A DNA stretch of 64,000 nt. Origin: Nitrospirales bacterium. GTDB lineage: Bacteria; Nitrospirota; Nitrospiria; Nitrospirales; UBA8639. The stretch spans positions 2,080,001 through 2,144,000 of the forward strand of contig OY820905.2 in NCBI GenBank assembly GCA_963555755.3, given 5' to 3'. The notes below the pieces were generated by a model, which was given only the letters and a program-made list of their open reading frames with translations, searched no databases and was not told the DNA's origin. Both the position numbers and the translations under genes were made by a program. Shown here piece by piece: positions 20,385 to 31,036 of the stretch. Each line of letters begins with the position of its first letter. Position 1 is the first letter of the stretch.

Positions 20385-20413
20385 TTGACAAGGTCAACCC
20401 ATGTGAGTATAAG
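20385..20413 (+). promoter_or_regulatory. sigma70 promoter of the TPR gene
   Basis: TTGACA-17 bp-TATAAG. Confidence 0.65.
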
Positions 20414-20475
20414 GCCAAATACCGCAATACGGCACACAATTCTAGGAACAGCACCACCCTACCACATACCACGTC

Positions 20476-21261
20476 ATGAGTTATAAAATTCGAGACCCCA
20501 ATCGGCCTGTGTCTGCGGAACACCTGGAATTATTGTCTCGGTCCGAACGAATATGGTTATTCGCCGAGGAGCATCGGAGGGCGTTGATCATTGGGGTCCT
20601 GTTGGTCTGTTTGGTGGCTGTGGCTCTCGGTGCGATACTCTGGTTACAACATCAGAATAAGCAGGAAGCACTTGTCTTGGAACACAGGGCCACGGAATTG
20701 TACCTGGATCGATCTTTAGATGACCCAGACCAAGCCAAGGCAAATCTCGAAGAAGCCATCACGCTCTATCAACAAATCCTTGATGAATTTCCCGGCACGT
20801 CCAGTGCTGAACTCGCCTGGTATTTTTTAGGAAATGCCCGCACTGAACAAGAAAATTATACGGGAGCCATTGAGGCCTATGAAAACTATATAGCATCATT
20901 CCAAAACAATCCGACGCTCCTGGGTTTGGTATTCCAGCGACTTGGGTCGGCTTATATTTTCAATGGCCAACGGCAAAAGGGAGTGGACACCTATACACAA
21001 GTCCTCAACCTCCCAGACGCACTCAATAAAGATCAGGTCATGTTCAAACTCGCAAAGCTTGAGGAAGCCGATGACCATATGGAGCAAGCCCTGACCTATT
21101 ACAAGCAACTCCAGGATCAATATCCGGCTTCACCCTATATCAATGAAGCCACGATGCACATTCGAGTGCTCGAGCCGCCCCAAGAACTCTCCGAAGACAC
21201 AACTGGTGAGGACCCCACCAGGGTATCTGAGAAACCATTGACTGAGGAAACGGAAGAATAA
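20476..21261 (+). CDS. membrane-anchored TPR protein (YfgM-like)
   Basis: single TM near the N-terminus followed by TPR motifs (FP.TSSAELAWYFLGNA). Confidence 0.85.
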   Translation: MSYKIRDPNRPVSAEHLELLSRSERIWLFAEEHRRALIIGVLLVCLVAVALGAILWLQHQNKQEALVLEHRATELYLDRSLDDPDQAKANLEEAITLYQQILDEFPGTSSAELAWYFLGNARTEQENYTGAIEAYENYIASFQNNPTLLGLVFQRLGSAYIFNGQRQKGVDTYTQVLNLPDALNKDQVMFKLAKLEEADDHMEQALTYYKQLQDQYPASPYINEATMHIRVLEPPQELSEDTTGEDPTRVSEKPLTEETEE

Positions 21262-21282
21262 ACGTGGGGATACTCGGTAGGA

Positions 21283-22977
21283 CTAATGCCTGACAATTAA
21301 CATTCGACCTGCATGGATCACACTACTTCGTAGTTTGTTTAAGATCTTCAAATCCCGCACACTCACACTGAATCGTTTCGCTATCGCCCAGAGACTATCT
21401 CCTCGGCGGACCCGATACCACTTGGCAACACCCTGAGCCGCAGGCGCTGCTCCTTCACTCACCCGCAGCCGTTGACCCACTCTGATCAAATTTCTGGACA
21501 AATCATTCAGGCCCTTGAGCTTACCCACGCTCATGTGGAACCGATGGGCAATCACGGACAAGCTATCGCCCCGCCGCACACGATACCAGGTGTTTTGTGG
21601 TGGTGACTGAGTCCACTGCTTCAATTGCTCCCGGACTTTTTCCACTTGATAGCCCATGCCCACTGGAACTTTTAAAAAATATCCGTCCTTGTCCGGAGGG
21701 GTAATGCTCCGGCGTAATTCAGGATTGAGTTGTCGCAAGTTTTCAAAGGCCAATCCCGTCTTCTTGGCTACCGTCCGCAAATGAATCGTGTTTTTCATCA
21801 AGACTTCATCATATTGATGTACTTCGTTTGTGGCGACGCGAAAGCCGAACAAAGTCGGATTTGTCGCAATGATTACCGCAGCCATGAACTTCGGCACATA
21901 TTCCCGCGTCTCTCGACGGATAAATCGTGTGCGCCGAATTTTCCAATAATCGCGCGTGCCGCTCTTTCGAATGGCCCGCGTGATTTTCCCTGTGCCTGCA
22001 TTGTAGGCAGCCAACGCGAGCGGCCACGATCCAAAGCGATCATATAAATCACGCAAGTGTTGGGCCGCCGCCACGGACGATTTAACGGGATCTCGCCGCT
22101 CATCGATGTACCAATTCACTCGAAGCCCATAGATACGTCCAGTGCCTTTCATGAACTGCCACGGCCCTGCGGCCCGCGCCCGGGAATAGGCCCTCGGATT
22201 AAACCCACTTTCGATCACCGACAAATAGACCAATTCTTGCGGCAACTCGAATTCGGCAAAAATTTGCGCCACCACGGGCTTATACTTCTGAAACCGATCT
22301 AACCATTCCTGAAACCGATCAGGGATGACCGTTTGAAAGTATCGAATCTTCCGTTCAACAGAGGGATTCAGGATGAGGGGAATTTCTCCATACAGCGGTT
22401 CAGTTTCGGCTTCGGCTTCGGCTTCCGCTTCGCTGGAAGAAGCCGCGAAGAATTTCCCGTACCGCCATAACGTTGGAGTGGAATCAGTCCTGGTTGCAGA
22501 GAGCGGAGGTTGGGGAAGATCCAGGCGCGTCACATTTGATACATCAGAGGATCTCGCCCACAAAGACTGGGAAACTGTATTGAACGATGATCCCCACAAA
22601 TTCTTAGCTTGTGGTTCTTGGTCCAATCCGGATTCAGTAAAAAGAGGACTCGGGGAAACTAAAGAGGATCCAACTGCAGGTTCGCCACTCGATACAATTG
22701 AGCCATTTCCAACACTAAAAGTGGAGACTTCCTCACCTTGGAAGGAAATCGCCCTATTCGATGATAAAGACGACGGGCTCGATTCCTGGCTCCCAAAATA
22801 CTCGAGCCCAGCACCACCCGAAACCGTTTCATGATTGTGAAATTTGGATGAAGGCTCCAGCGGAGACTCAGACTGCGCCAACACAGTCGACGGCACCAAA
22901 AAGAACCACACAATTAAAAGGGGGGCAATTCGTCTCAACAAGAATTCCGGGAATACATTCATATCTAAGTGCCTCAT
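21283..22977 (-). CDS. mltD: lytic murein transglycosylase D-like (SLT plus LysM domains)
   Basis: IESGFNPRAYSRARAAGPWQFM, ALAAYNAG, ETREYVPK, two YRVRRGDSL LysM repeats; start placed downstream of the predicted promoter. Confidence 0.9.
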   Translation of the reverse strand: MRHLDMNVFPEFLLRRIAPLLIVWFFLVPSTVLAQSESPLEPSSKFHNHETVSGGAGLEYFGSQESSPSSLSSNRAISFQGEEVSTFSVGNGSIVSSGEPAVGSSLVSPSPLFTESGLDQEPQAKNLWGSSFNTVSQSLWARSSDVSNVTRLDLPQPPLSATRTDSTPTLWRYGKFFAASSSEAEAEAEAETEPLYGEIPLILNPSVERKIRYFQTVIPDRFQEWLDRFQKYKPVVAQIFAEFELPQELVYLSVIESGFNPRAYSRARAAGPWQFMKGTGRIYGLRVNWYIDERRDPVKSSVAAAQHLRDLYDRFGSWPLALAAYNAGTGKITRAIRKSGTRDYWKIRRTRFIRRETREYVPKFMAAVIIATNPTLFGFRVATNEVHQYDEVLMKNTIHLRTVAKKTGLAFENLRQLNPELRRSITPPDKDGYFLKVPVGMGYQVEKVREQLKQWTQSPPQNTWYRVRRGDSLSVIAHRFHMSVGKLKGLNDLSRNLIRVGQRLRVSEGAAPAAQGVAKWYRVRRGDSLWAIAKRFSVSVRDLKILNKLRSSVIHAGRMLIVRH

Positions 22978-23015
22978 TTTATTAGCATTTTCGGATTTTA
23001 TGGATCTTACTTGAG

Positions 23016-23044
23016 AGACTAATTGCAACAGCCTTCTGTGTCAA
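23016..23044 (-). promoter_or_regulatory. probable sigma70 promoter of mltD
   Basis: TTGACA-17 bp-TAGTCT. Confidence 0.5.
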
Positions 23045-23233
23045 GGAACAATCTCTCTGAAGTACCTTATCGGCGGAACGCCACAAAATCATAAACAATT
23101 TCTTGCAACACCCTGTAATGTACACCGGACTCTGAGCCCATCACAAAACAGGACACAACCATCATACCCCGTATGGTCAATTTTACTAGGAGGGTATTCC
23201 CACACTAAACTATAAAATGTTGCCTCTCCTTCA

Positions 23234-23824
23234 TACGCTCCGCGCGGCAAAAGGGCGAGAACGCCGCTGGCGGCTTTTTTCAACATTCCCAGTATGGAAG
23301 CGATGAGCGACGCCGGCGCAGCCCACAAGCGTCCGGCCCTCCGGGGAGGCCCATCTTTGGCCCGGGGCGGCGTGGCTCCTCGGTCACAGAGCCCCGCTCT
23401 GCTCCCTCGTCGCGCCTTGCCCCGATCACAAATCTGGGCCTCCCAATTGTCCCGGTTATTTCGTGACGGACCCTGAGCGCACCTGGCACAATACAAAAAG
23501 GTCTCATCACCACCAGGGATGACTTCCCCCGCCCACCTTTGTCATTTCGACCCTTGGGAGAAATCTCCCCTTCTGCCGAACCACCGATTGCTCTCAAGGA
23601 TCGAAATGACAGCACCGAGGTGACCACGACTTTTTGTATTGCACCATGCACACCAATTTCTTACACGTCTTTTTTGCGCCCAACTGCCGTTTCTAAGTTG
23701 AACGGGCCTCAATCGAAATTCCCTCACCATAGCTGTGCTATGCCTCGGGTTTTTCTCAATCGTTCCGTCCAAATCCAACCCAAATCTTGGCGCGAAATTG
23801 TTCAAGTTATTTTCTCGCAGGTCC
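23234..23824. repeat. cluster of MITE/REP fragments (family A half 23234-23290, GC-rich element ending 23473, GTCATTTCGA REP pair 23540-23611, family D partial ~23698-23824)
   Basis: segments match the repeats at 12707, 13368, 26840-27199 and 2781. Confidence 0.75.
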
Positions 23825-24340
23825 TTACAGGCCCTGAAACTTTCCATCACTATCCACTATACGCCTCAACCTAAATTCCCCACCGGGCTCTAAGGGGTCG
23901 TTATCATTTCCAATTCTCGTATACCACCACCTTCCGCGAGCCGACATTCCATCTTTGGCAAGCCAAGCTTCAAAACCACCCTCTCGATCATTGCCCAATT
24001 GAACCCATCTTCCTTTCCACTGACCGTTTGATACAGCGGTGGTCTCGAATCCTCCCTCCTGCCAGTCATACGGGCCGTTCCCATGCCGATCCAACAACAA
24101 TTCGTACACCACCTCTCCCTGACGATATTCCCACATTCCGGAGAGATTCACAGGGAAATCCAATGATGATCCCCGAACGTGTTCCTCCGACAAAACTCCC
24201 TCCCCGTGCGGTGTCGGACCACTTAGGCATCCCGCAAGGTTCAGAATGACCAACCCACAAAGGAAACCAAGCAATGTATGTTGGATCGACCATCGAACCC
24301 TTGTACCTCTTCCAACCCATTCCTGTGGTTTTATGTTCAC
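23825..24340 (-). CDS. hypothetical lipoprotein
   Basis: LAGC lipobox and beta-rich W/G motifs (LSGMWEY, WKGRWVQ, GRWWYTR). Confidence 0.75.
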   Translation of the reverse strand: MNIKPQEWVGRGTRVRWSIQHTLLGFLCGLVILNLAGCLSGPTPHGEGVLSEEHVRGSSLDFPVNLSGMWEYRQGEVVYELLLDRHGNGPYDWQEGGFETTAVSNGQWKGRWVQLGNDREGGFEAWLAKDGMSARGRWWYTRIGNDNDPLEPGGEFRLRRIVDSDGKFQGL

Positions 24341-24872
24341 GACTTGCTCCTCATGTTAGATTGCACCATACGTCAAAGGATATCCTGTCATGTTGAGTGT
24401 CAGCAGGATCCTTTTGACCTCTGGGGTGATGCTTCACCATTTTTTCACGTATTTCGCAATATCTTCCCCAATGCGTGTCAGACCATGGAGGGAGGGAGGA
24501 TGAGGAGTGGACTTCGGATCATACAGAATATATGGTTCTATCCTACCGCCATCCAATTCTGACCACATGGAGTTTCTTGGCCATGGCGTTGCTTCCTGTG
24601 AGCGTTCTTTCTTGTGTCGCTGCACGATCTTATCGTGCCCTCTTCCCACGGACCAAGGGGCTATGACGCCAGGAAGAGGCAGCATGAGATGCTGCAGCGA
24701 CCTAAAAATACAAGACGACGCAATTCGCTCAAAAGGAGAGGCGACATAACCCACGAGGAGTGCCATAAATTTATGTGCACCTGATCGTATTGTGCTGCCA
24801 GAACCCTAAATTCTGCATGATCCTGGACTTCTTGCCTCCGACTCATCACTTTTTTCTAACCAGGAGGCTACC

Positions 24873-25256
24873 ATGGCTCGCATTCTGCTGATCGAAGATG
24901 AACAACAGGTTCGAGAATTGTTGCGGGAAATTCTGGAACAGAACGGTCACGAGATCATTGCATGCAAGAACGGAGCTGACGGGATACGGCAATATAAGGA
25001 ATCGAGTTTCGATTTAGTCATCATGGATGTGCTATTACCCGACAAAGGTGGATTTGAAACATTGAATGAACTCACACACCACCATGACCAAGTCAATGTG
25101 CTGGCGATCTCGGGCGGATGTGCCCCGAGCACCGTCGATGTCCTCCATCTCGCGCAACGTCTGGGAGCCAGACAGACGTTGGCCAAACCCTTCGACTTGA
25201 CCGATTTTCTTGCGGTGGTCGATCAACTCCTCGCCATACCTCAAGCATCCGCTTAA
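24873..25256 (+). CDS. single-domain response regulator
   Basis: ILLIEDE, DLVIMDVLLP, ISGG, KPF; GGAGG SD. Confidence 0.92.
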   Translation: MARILLIEDEQQVRELLREILEQNGHEIIACKNGADGIRQYKESSFDLVIMDVLLPDKGGFETLNELTHHHDQVNVLAISGGCAPSTVDVLHLAQRLGARQTLAKPFDLTDFLAVVDQLLAIPQASA

Positions 25257-25370
25257 ACCCTCACATACGATACACGTCAACTCGGCTACGCTCCCTTGGG
25301 ACGTAAAGCGTGATGCGTGATGCGTAGGGGGGGAAATTCCGTGATTCTTCTACGTTTCACGCATGACGCT

Positions 25371-26234
25371 TCACGAACCCTTCGGACTATACGCGGCACA
25401 CCGAAATCCGGTCGAGTGATTGCGATCATGGGGGTCACTGGCCACCCGGGTAAAGATCCGAACCTGGGGCGTTTCCACCTGCCAGCCTGAACTTCGTATG
25501 ACCTTTCGTTTACCCTGGCCAGGTCCCTGGGGATTGCTTCGGGGACTCCATTGATAATAGGTCGCATCATACCAATCAGCCACCCATTCCCACACATTTC
25601 CAGCCATATCATACAGACCATAGGGACTTTTTCCAGGTTCATACATGCCAACTGGGACAAGGGTTTGTTCCCCACGCCAGGTCTGATTAAAATTCAGGTG
25701 CTTATGGGTCGGTTCAACATCGCCCCAAGGAAATCGACGATCATCCGTCCCTTTTCCGGCTTTCTCCCATTCCGCCTCCGTCGGCAATCGCTTCCCCGCC
25801 CATTCACAATAGGCCTTCGCATCAAACCAATCGACGTTGATCACCGGTAACGGGACAATGGACTCCGGCATCAGCCCCTCTTGCCATAAGTCCTTGGTAG
25901 CATCTGAAGAGTGCCTGGGCGCACGGTGACCTGTTTCCCGGATAAATTCCAAATAGCGTCCATGGGTCACTTCATATTTATCGATAAAGTAAGCTGGCAG
26001 ATCCACCTTATGGTTGGGATATTCATCACGTCCCCCATCACGAGCCCATGTCGGTACTCCCATCAAAAACGGACCGGCAGGGATCAACATCATAGGCGCC
26101 CCATCTTTCCCAATTGTTTCCGAAGATAGCAAAGCCGCCGTCGCCGTCTGAAGGGATGGACCCAACCATACCGTTTCCGAGACATTCCCCCACAACAGAA
26201 TCACTACCAGTAGACCGCACATCCTCCACATCAT
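25371..26234 (-). CDS. formylglycine-generating-enzyme (SUMF1/FGE-sulfatase) domain protein, secreted
   Basis: IDKYEVT, RLPTEAEWEKA, SPYGLYDMAGNVWEWV, GFRCA. Confidence 0.92.
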   Translation of the reverse strand: MMWRMCGLLVVILLWGNVSETVWLGPSLQTATAALLSSETIGKDGAPMMLIPAGPFLMGVPTWARDGGRDEYPNHKVDLPAYFIDKYEVTHGRYLEFIRETGHRAPRHSSDATKDLWQEGLMPESIVPLPVINVDWFDAKAYCEWAGKRLPTEAEWEKAGKGTDDRRFPWGDVEPTHKHLNFNQTWRGEQTLVPVGMYEPGKSPYGLYDMAGNVWEWVADWYDATYYQWSPRSNPQGPGQGKRKVIRSSGWQVETPQVRIFTRVASDPHDRNHSTGFRCAAYSPKGS

Positions 26235-26323
26235 GACTTGACCTCTTCTCTTCCTCAATTTAGTAAATCGTAAGGTGCATTCGCGCACACCCTGCGGGCC
26301 AACCTCTCAGCTCTCATTCATAA

Positions 26324-26464
26324 GGGCACCTCTAAAACCCGTCCTTTTCCGTGATGGCGGCGTCAGCCGCGTGCTCACATCCTCATGTATTCGCCCATAC
26401 ACTCCGGTTTTCCGCGCGCGGCTTCCTTGCCCTCACAAAACATGCCTGGTTTGTAGAGGTGCCC
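26324..26464. mobile_element. MITE family C
   Basis: TIR GGGCACCTCTA / TAGAGGTGCCC; near-identical 141-bp copy at 43259-43399. Confidence 0.85.
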
Positions 26465-26560
26465 ATGAGTATGTTGTACTCTCATAAATTTGGTGGAATC
26501 AACTCATCGAAGCCGAGCAAGCCTACCAAGAAGGGCTCGACGAGAAAAAAGTCCTGATCC

Positions 26561-26842
26561 GTGAAGTCAGCTGATCATGCTATATTCGCCAGAACATCCC
26601 AGGAATCAGACGATCATTCTGGACCTCACCGAAGAGGCAACCCTTTCCATCAAGAAAATCTCCGGCCTGCGCCATTGCCAAAAGGGGTATGGGATTATCT
26701 GAATCCCTACTCCATGATTCGATATTTTGCCTACAACACGAATCCGTCCATCTCTTCATCAAGCCCGGCTCAACATAGTGGGGGCTTGGCCCAGGCCTCT
26801 CCGATCGCCCTAACTTTCACAGCCGAGACTTGCGCATCCTAG
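26561..26842 (+). CDS. possible small hypothetical protein
   Basis: 93 aa ORF with no recognisable motif. Confidence 0.25.
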   Translation: MKSADHAIFARTSQESDDHSGPHRRGNPFHQENLRPAPLPKGVWDYLNPYSMIRYFAYNTNPSISSSSPAQHSGGLAQASPIALTFTAETCAS

Positions 26843-27199
26843 GAACCTGTCCCAATAAAGAGATTTCTCCTTCCACTCGAAATGACAGATTTCTCAAATT
26901 GCCAGAGGGGGGACTCCTGATTCCACGTTGAAGCTGGAATTGCCGGCGTGAAACGTAAAGGATGTCGTTCGTATCTCGTGAAGCGGAAGGCGAAAAACGG
27001 GAGACGAACGACTCGAACAGGCTTGCAACCTTGCAACTCCCCTCCTGTTGTCCTTTCGACCACCCCCGTTGTCATTCGGTGTCATTTCGACCACCCCCCT
27101 TGTCATTTCGACCCTTGAGAGAAATCTCCCCATTCCCGTCACGCTTGGCTAGGAGCCTATCCCAATAAAGAGATTTCTCCTTCCACTCGAAATGACAGA
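26840..27199. repeat. REP-like cluster: 50-bp direct repeat plus inverted GTCATTTCGACC units
   Basis: TAGGARCCTRTCCCAATAAAGAGATTTCTCCTTCCACTCGAAATGACAGA at 26840 and 27150; tandem GTCATTTCGACC units at ~27050-27130. Confidence 0.75.
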
Positions 27200-27251
27200 A
27201 GCGACGAGCGACGACTTAAGGTCTTATTGAGAATACCGATACAACTATCTA

Positions 27252-27348
27252 CAAGGTGACAAAGGCAAACTATCCGAGAGGATGGGACGCAAAGCCAAGG
27301 GACCTAAATTGGGAACGACGTTTCCCAGGGTACGCCTGGCTGCCACGA
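27252..27348 (+). ncRNA. cyclic di-GMP-I (GEMM-I) riboswitch
   Basis: AAAGGCAAAC-TATCC-GAGA-GGATGG-GACGCAAAGCC...GACCTAAA-stem-GGTACGCCTGGCTGCC matches the GEMM-I consensus with a GNRA tetraloop; 5' of signalling genes. Confidence 0.88.
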
Positions 27349-27367
27349 TGACCATACTGGCATCATT

Positions 27368-27401
27368 GCGCCCATCCCATTCAGGATGGGCGTTTTTTTT
27401 T
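27368..27401 (+). terminator. riboswitch expression-platform terminator
   Basis: GCGCCCATCC-CATTCA-GGATGGGCGT followed by a T tract, ~40 bp before the first ATG. Confidence 0.88.
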
Positions 27402-27441
27402 GCGATCGATCATTGCTCCCTGCTGTTAAGGAGATGCCAGC

Positions 27442-27909
27442 ATGCTATCACCACGATTCATTGAACCTGTCCTCATTGCTGATGATGATACCGATGATTG
27501 CCTCATTATCATGGAGGCCTGGGAAGAAACTGGACTCGGCAACGAACTTCGCTTTGTGCAAGACGGCAATGAGTTAATGAATTATTTATATCATCGACAT
27601 CAGTTTTCCATCCACGAGACGTCTCCTCGTCCAGGACTAATCTTACTCGACTTGTCGATGCCGAAAAAAAACGGCCTGGAAGTCCTCGTGGAAATCAAAT
27701 CAGACCCGGCACTGCAAGATATCCCGATTATTGTGCTCAGCACATCACTAACCCCCAAGGAGGCCTCCGAAGCCTATGCCCTTGGAGCCTATGGGTGCGT
27801 GGTCAAGCCCTCAACATTCCCCGACTATCTCAATGTGATGCGGGATGTACGACAAGCATGGTTGGACCTGAAGAAACAGTCGCCTGCCACCTTCGTAGCG
27901 AACCGGTAA
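27442..27909 (+). CDS. Rcp1-like single-domain response regulator 1
   Basis: LIADDD, RPGLILLDLSMPKKNG, IPIIVLSTS, KP. Confidence 0.92.
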   Translation: MLSPRFIEPVLIADDDTDDCLIIMEAWEETGLGNELRFVQDGNELMNYLYHRHQFSIHETSPRPGLILLDLSMPKKNGLEVLVEIKSDPALQDIPIIVLSTSLTPKEASEAYALGAYGCVVKPSTFPDYLNVMRDVRQAWLDLKKQSPATFVANR

Positions 27910-27935
27910 CAGGAGAATAGCATAGGGTTTCTTCC

Positions 27936-28430
27936 ATGATGAGACACTCCAAGACCGTCTTGATGGCCGATGATGATCCCGATAATTGCTTACTCACCCA
28001 GGATGCATGGGAAGAATCCGGCAGTCCCCATACCATCCGATTTGTTCGAGACGGCGCAGAGCTCTTGGACTATTTGTATCACCGTGGGAAGTTCTCAGAC
28101 ACCGATGACTATCCACTGCCAGGCATGATTCTGCTCGACCTGAATATGCCGAGAAAAAATGGGCATCAAGCGCTCAAGGAAATTCGGGACCATGACGTCT
28201 TTCGTCATATTCCCGTGGTCGTGAGGACCACGTCCATTGATGAAGACGATACTCGTCGCAGTTATGCCTTGGGAGCCAGTGCCTGCCTGACCAAACCTCG
28301 TTCGGCACAAGAATTTCATTCAACCGTCGGGGCACTGAGCCAATACTGGCCCGGCATGGTCGAACTCCCACTTGGAAATGAGAATCCGGCATGGGATGTA
28401 TCATTTAATGAAGTAAGAGAGACCTTGTGA
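27936..28430 (+). CDS. Rcp1-like single-domain response regulator 2
   Basis: LMADDD, PGMILLDLNMPRKNG, KP, YW..MVELP. Confidence 0.92.
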   Translation: MMRHSKTVLMADDDPDNCLLTQDAWEESGSPHTIRFVRDGAELLDYLYHRGKFSDTDDYPLPGMILLDLNMPRKNGHQALKEIRDHDVFRHIPVVVRTTSIDEDDTRRSYALGASACLTKPRSAQEFHSTVGALSQYWPGMVELPLGNENPAWDVSFNEVRETL

Positions 28431-28984
28431 TTTCTACGAAGACTGCCATCCATCACACTGTTGAATGTACGCCGACACAGCCCTCCTTGGTAGGGTCTCC
28501 TCCCGATCTTACCAAGACACCGCAATTGTCGCTGATTCGAGGCCATCAGACCGGCATAACCATCTTAATGGCGGATGACGACCCCGACGATTGCCTGCTT
28601 GCCCGAGAAGCGTGGGAAGAAATCAAGTCAGGACACGAACTGCGGTTCGTCCATGATGGGCAGGAAATCTTGGACTATGTCTTGCGTCGAGGTCTCTACA
28701 CCACACAGCAATCGGCACCTCGGCCTCGCATTATCCTGTTGGACCTCAACATGCCCAAGAAAAATGGGCATGAAGTCTTGGGGGTGCTCAAAACCAACCC
28801 TGAACTCCAAACCATTCCTATTATCGTCTTTACCACCACCAGGCACATCGACGAGATCATCCGGGCGTATCAGGAAGGGGCGAACGCGTTTATGACGAAG
28901 CCCAGCACGTTTGAAGGCTATCGAGACACCTTCCGAGCCGTGGATCATTTTTGGTTGCGCCTGGTTCAACTCCCGAATCAATAA
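28427..28984 (+). CDS. Rcp1-like single-domain response regulator 3
   Basis: LMADDD, RPRIILLDLNMPKKNG, KP, FWLRLVQLP. Confidence 0.92.
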   Translation: MISTKTAIHHTVECTPTQPSLVGSPPDLTKTPQLSLIRGHQTGITILMADDDPDDCLLAREAWEEIKSGHELRFVHDGQEILDYVLRRGLYTTQQSAPRPRIILLDLNMPKKNGHEVLGVLKTNPELQTIPIIVFTTTRHIDEIIRAYQEGANAFMTKPSTFEGYRDTFRAVDHFWLRLVQLPNQ

Positions 28985-29243
28985 TACTCCAGATCACCGG
29001 TATGGCCTCACAGACATCACCGCAAAAAAGGCCCATCCCCTGGCTTTGACCCGCCAAGACCCCATTGGGCCTTAAGAACCACCTTAAAACACCGATCAAA
29101 TATTAAACGGCAACGTCACGTAGAAGTCGACAAATATCGATGGAGGACCACTCACGGCTTTCGTCAAGGCCGCGGGGTCATCGTCTCGCCCTCAGGTCGC
29201 AAGATCAACCCGAGTACAGTAGTGCATTCACGACCGCAAACTT

Positions 29244-30509
29244 ATGCGACATTCTCAGGTTCATATTCTGCTCGTCGAAGATGATGAAGACGATTATCTG
29301 ATTGTCAAAGATCTGCTGTCGGATATTGAAGAAACCACCTTCCAGATTGATTGGGTGTCTGAATACGACGAAGCCAAACAACGCATTCATCCGCATCGCT
29401 ATGACATTTTCCTCTTCGACTATCGCCTAGGCCGCCACACGGGCCTTGACCTGGTCAGATACGTTCGAACAATCAAATCGTCAACCCCTTGTATTCTTCT
29501 GACGGGTCAAGATGATCATCATGTGGATGTCATGGCCGGGGAAACCGGCGCCGTTGATTATCTGCTCAAGAGAGAGCTCACCGCCTCCGGCTTAGAACGA
29601 TCGATTCGGTATGCCCTGGAACGACGAAACGCAGAGATCGAGCGTGAAATCCTCACGGAGCAACTCCTGGAAACATCACGTCAATTGGGTATGGCTGAAG
29701 TGGCTGTGAATGTGTTGCACAATGTGGGGAACGTCCTCACCAGTTTGAATGTGTCTGCCACTCACCTGGTCAAGTTTTTGCACGAATCCCACACCGATGA
29801 TATCGGAAAAATTGCGAAGATGGTCCAAGCCCATCATGACGATTTGGCCGAATTTCTCACACAGGATTCACAGGGAAAACACATTTTCCCCTATTTAGCC
29901 AAATTCGGTGAACATCTGGCAGCGCAACATCAGGCAATGTTCGAAGAAATACAGGCTCTGACCAAGAATCTCGACCACGTCAAGCACATCATTCGAGCCC
30001 AGCAGGCCAACACCACATCGACCAATCACTCCGAACCCGTTGTCGTCTCTGAATTGATGGAGCAAGCCCTCAGCATCAATCTCAGCCCACTCTCACAGCA
30101 TCACCTTAAAATTGTCCGAAACTATGCCGATACTCCTCTTATCATCTCTGACAAGCATCAAATCCTACAGATTTTGGTCAACCTTATTCGAAATGCCACA
30201 CATGCCATGATCGAAAACCCCGGGGACTCCCATTGCCTGAGCCTGACAATCGACCAGTCCCCCGAAGATCACCGAATCCAACTCTCTGTTCACGATACAG
30301 GAGTCGGAATCAATCCGGAGCATCTCACACGGATTTTTTCTCAAGGCTTTACCACGAAACCGGAAGGCCATGGATGGGGATTGCACAGCAGTGCCCTGGC
30401 TGCAAAGTCCTTACAGGGGACACTTCACGCGTTCAGTGATGGCGAAGGGCAAGGGGCTCGGGTTACCCTGGATCTTCCCTTCATACCTGTGGAGGTTCAT
30501 GCCTCATGA
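29244..30509 (+). CDS. hybrid REC-histidine kinase (soluble)
   Basis: N-terminal REC, H-box VLHNVGNVL, NLIRNA, DTGVGI, FTTKPEGHGWGL; no TM. Confidence 0.92.
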   Translation: MRHSQVHILLVEDDEDDYLIVKDLLSDIEETTFQIDWVSEYDEAKQRIHPHRYDIFLFDYRLGRHTGLDLVRYVRTIKSSTPCILLTGQDDHHVDVMAGETGAVDYLLKRELTASGLERSIRYALERRNAEIEREILTEQLLETSRQLGMAEVAVNVLHNVGNVLTSLNVSATHLVKFLHESHTDDIGKIAKMVQAHHDDLAEFLTQDSQGKHIFPYLAKFGEHLAAQHQAMFEEIQALTKNLDHVKHIIRAQQANTTSTNHSEPVVVSELMEQALSINLSPLSQHHLKIVRNYADTPLIISDKHQILQILVNLIRNATHAMIENPGDSHCLSLTIDQSPEDHRIQLSVHDTGVGINPEHLTRIFSQGFTTKPEGHGWGLHSSALAAKSLQGTLHAFSDGEGQGARVTLDLPFIPVEVHAS

Positions 30510-31036
30510 CAACAGCCGCGGAAAATCGAAGGGTGTTAGTGATAGATGATAATACGGCCATTCATGAAGATTTCCGGAAGATTCTCTTGCCACCAACGCC
30601 CGGCCATGACTTTCATGCAGCGCGCGCTCAGCTCTTCGAGGGTTCCGAACCTCCAACGCCTCGCATTGATTTTCACATCGACTGTGCGGACCAAGGGGAA
30701 CAAGGCTTTGAGATGGTCAAAGAGGCCATGCACAACGGATGCCCCTATGCGATGGCGTTTGTGGATATGCGCATGCCGCCTGGATGGGATGGCGCCGAGA
30801 CCATTGAACAGATTTGGCAGGTCGACCCGGACATCCAAATCGTGATCTGCACCGCCTACTCCGACCATGATTGGGACCACCTGCTGACTCGTCTCTCTCA
30901 CCCGGATCAGCTCCTGATTCTCCGAAAGCCTTTTGAAGCCATCGAAGTGATGCAATTGGCCACATCCCGAGTGAACCATCCCAAAGGAGTTAAAGGGACC
31001 CAACCTATGGATCTCGTCCAACGAGGAAATCGATGA
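30506..31036 (+). CDS. response regulator receiver protein with internal insertion
   Basis: VLVIDDN, AMAFVDMRMPPGWDG, CTAYSD, LRKPF. Confidence 0.88.
   Translation: MTTAAENRRVLVIDDNTAIHEDFRKILLPPTPGHDFHAARAQLFEGSEPPTPRIDFHIDCADQGEQGFEMVKEAMHNGCPYAMAFVDMRMPPGWDGAETIEQIWQVDPDIQIVICTAYSDHDWDHLLTRLSHPDQLLILRKPFEAIEVMQLATSRVNHPKGVKGTQPMDLVQRGNR

Noticed and set aside
19696..20437. Short ORFs such as MLKKAASGVL... and MFKK... (also near 6.1, 7.3, 8.6, 12.7 and 23.1-23.9 kb)
   Set aside because: They are translations of MITE sequence and recur wherever the repeat occurs.
22404..22432. TTCGGC hexamer repeat in mltD (EAEAEAEAE)
   Set aside because: In-frame low-complexity linker; no phase-variation potential.
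24434..24849. Possible gene remnant upstream of the response regulator
   Set aside because: Overlapping short ORFs with no recognisable family; cannot be supported without a search.
27252..27348. 3',3'-cGAMP (GEMM-Ib) riboswitch
   Set aside because: The specificity position is G (27264), not A.
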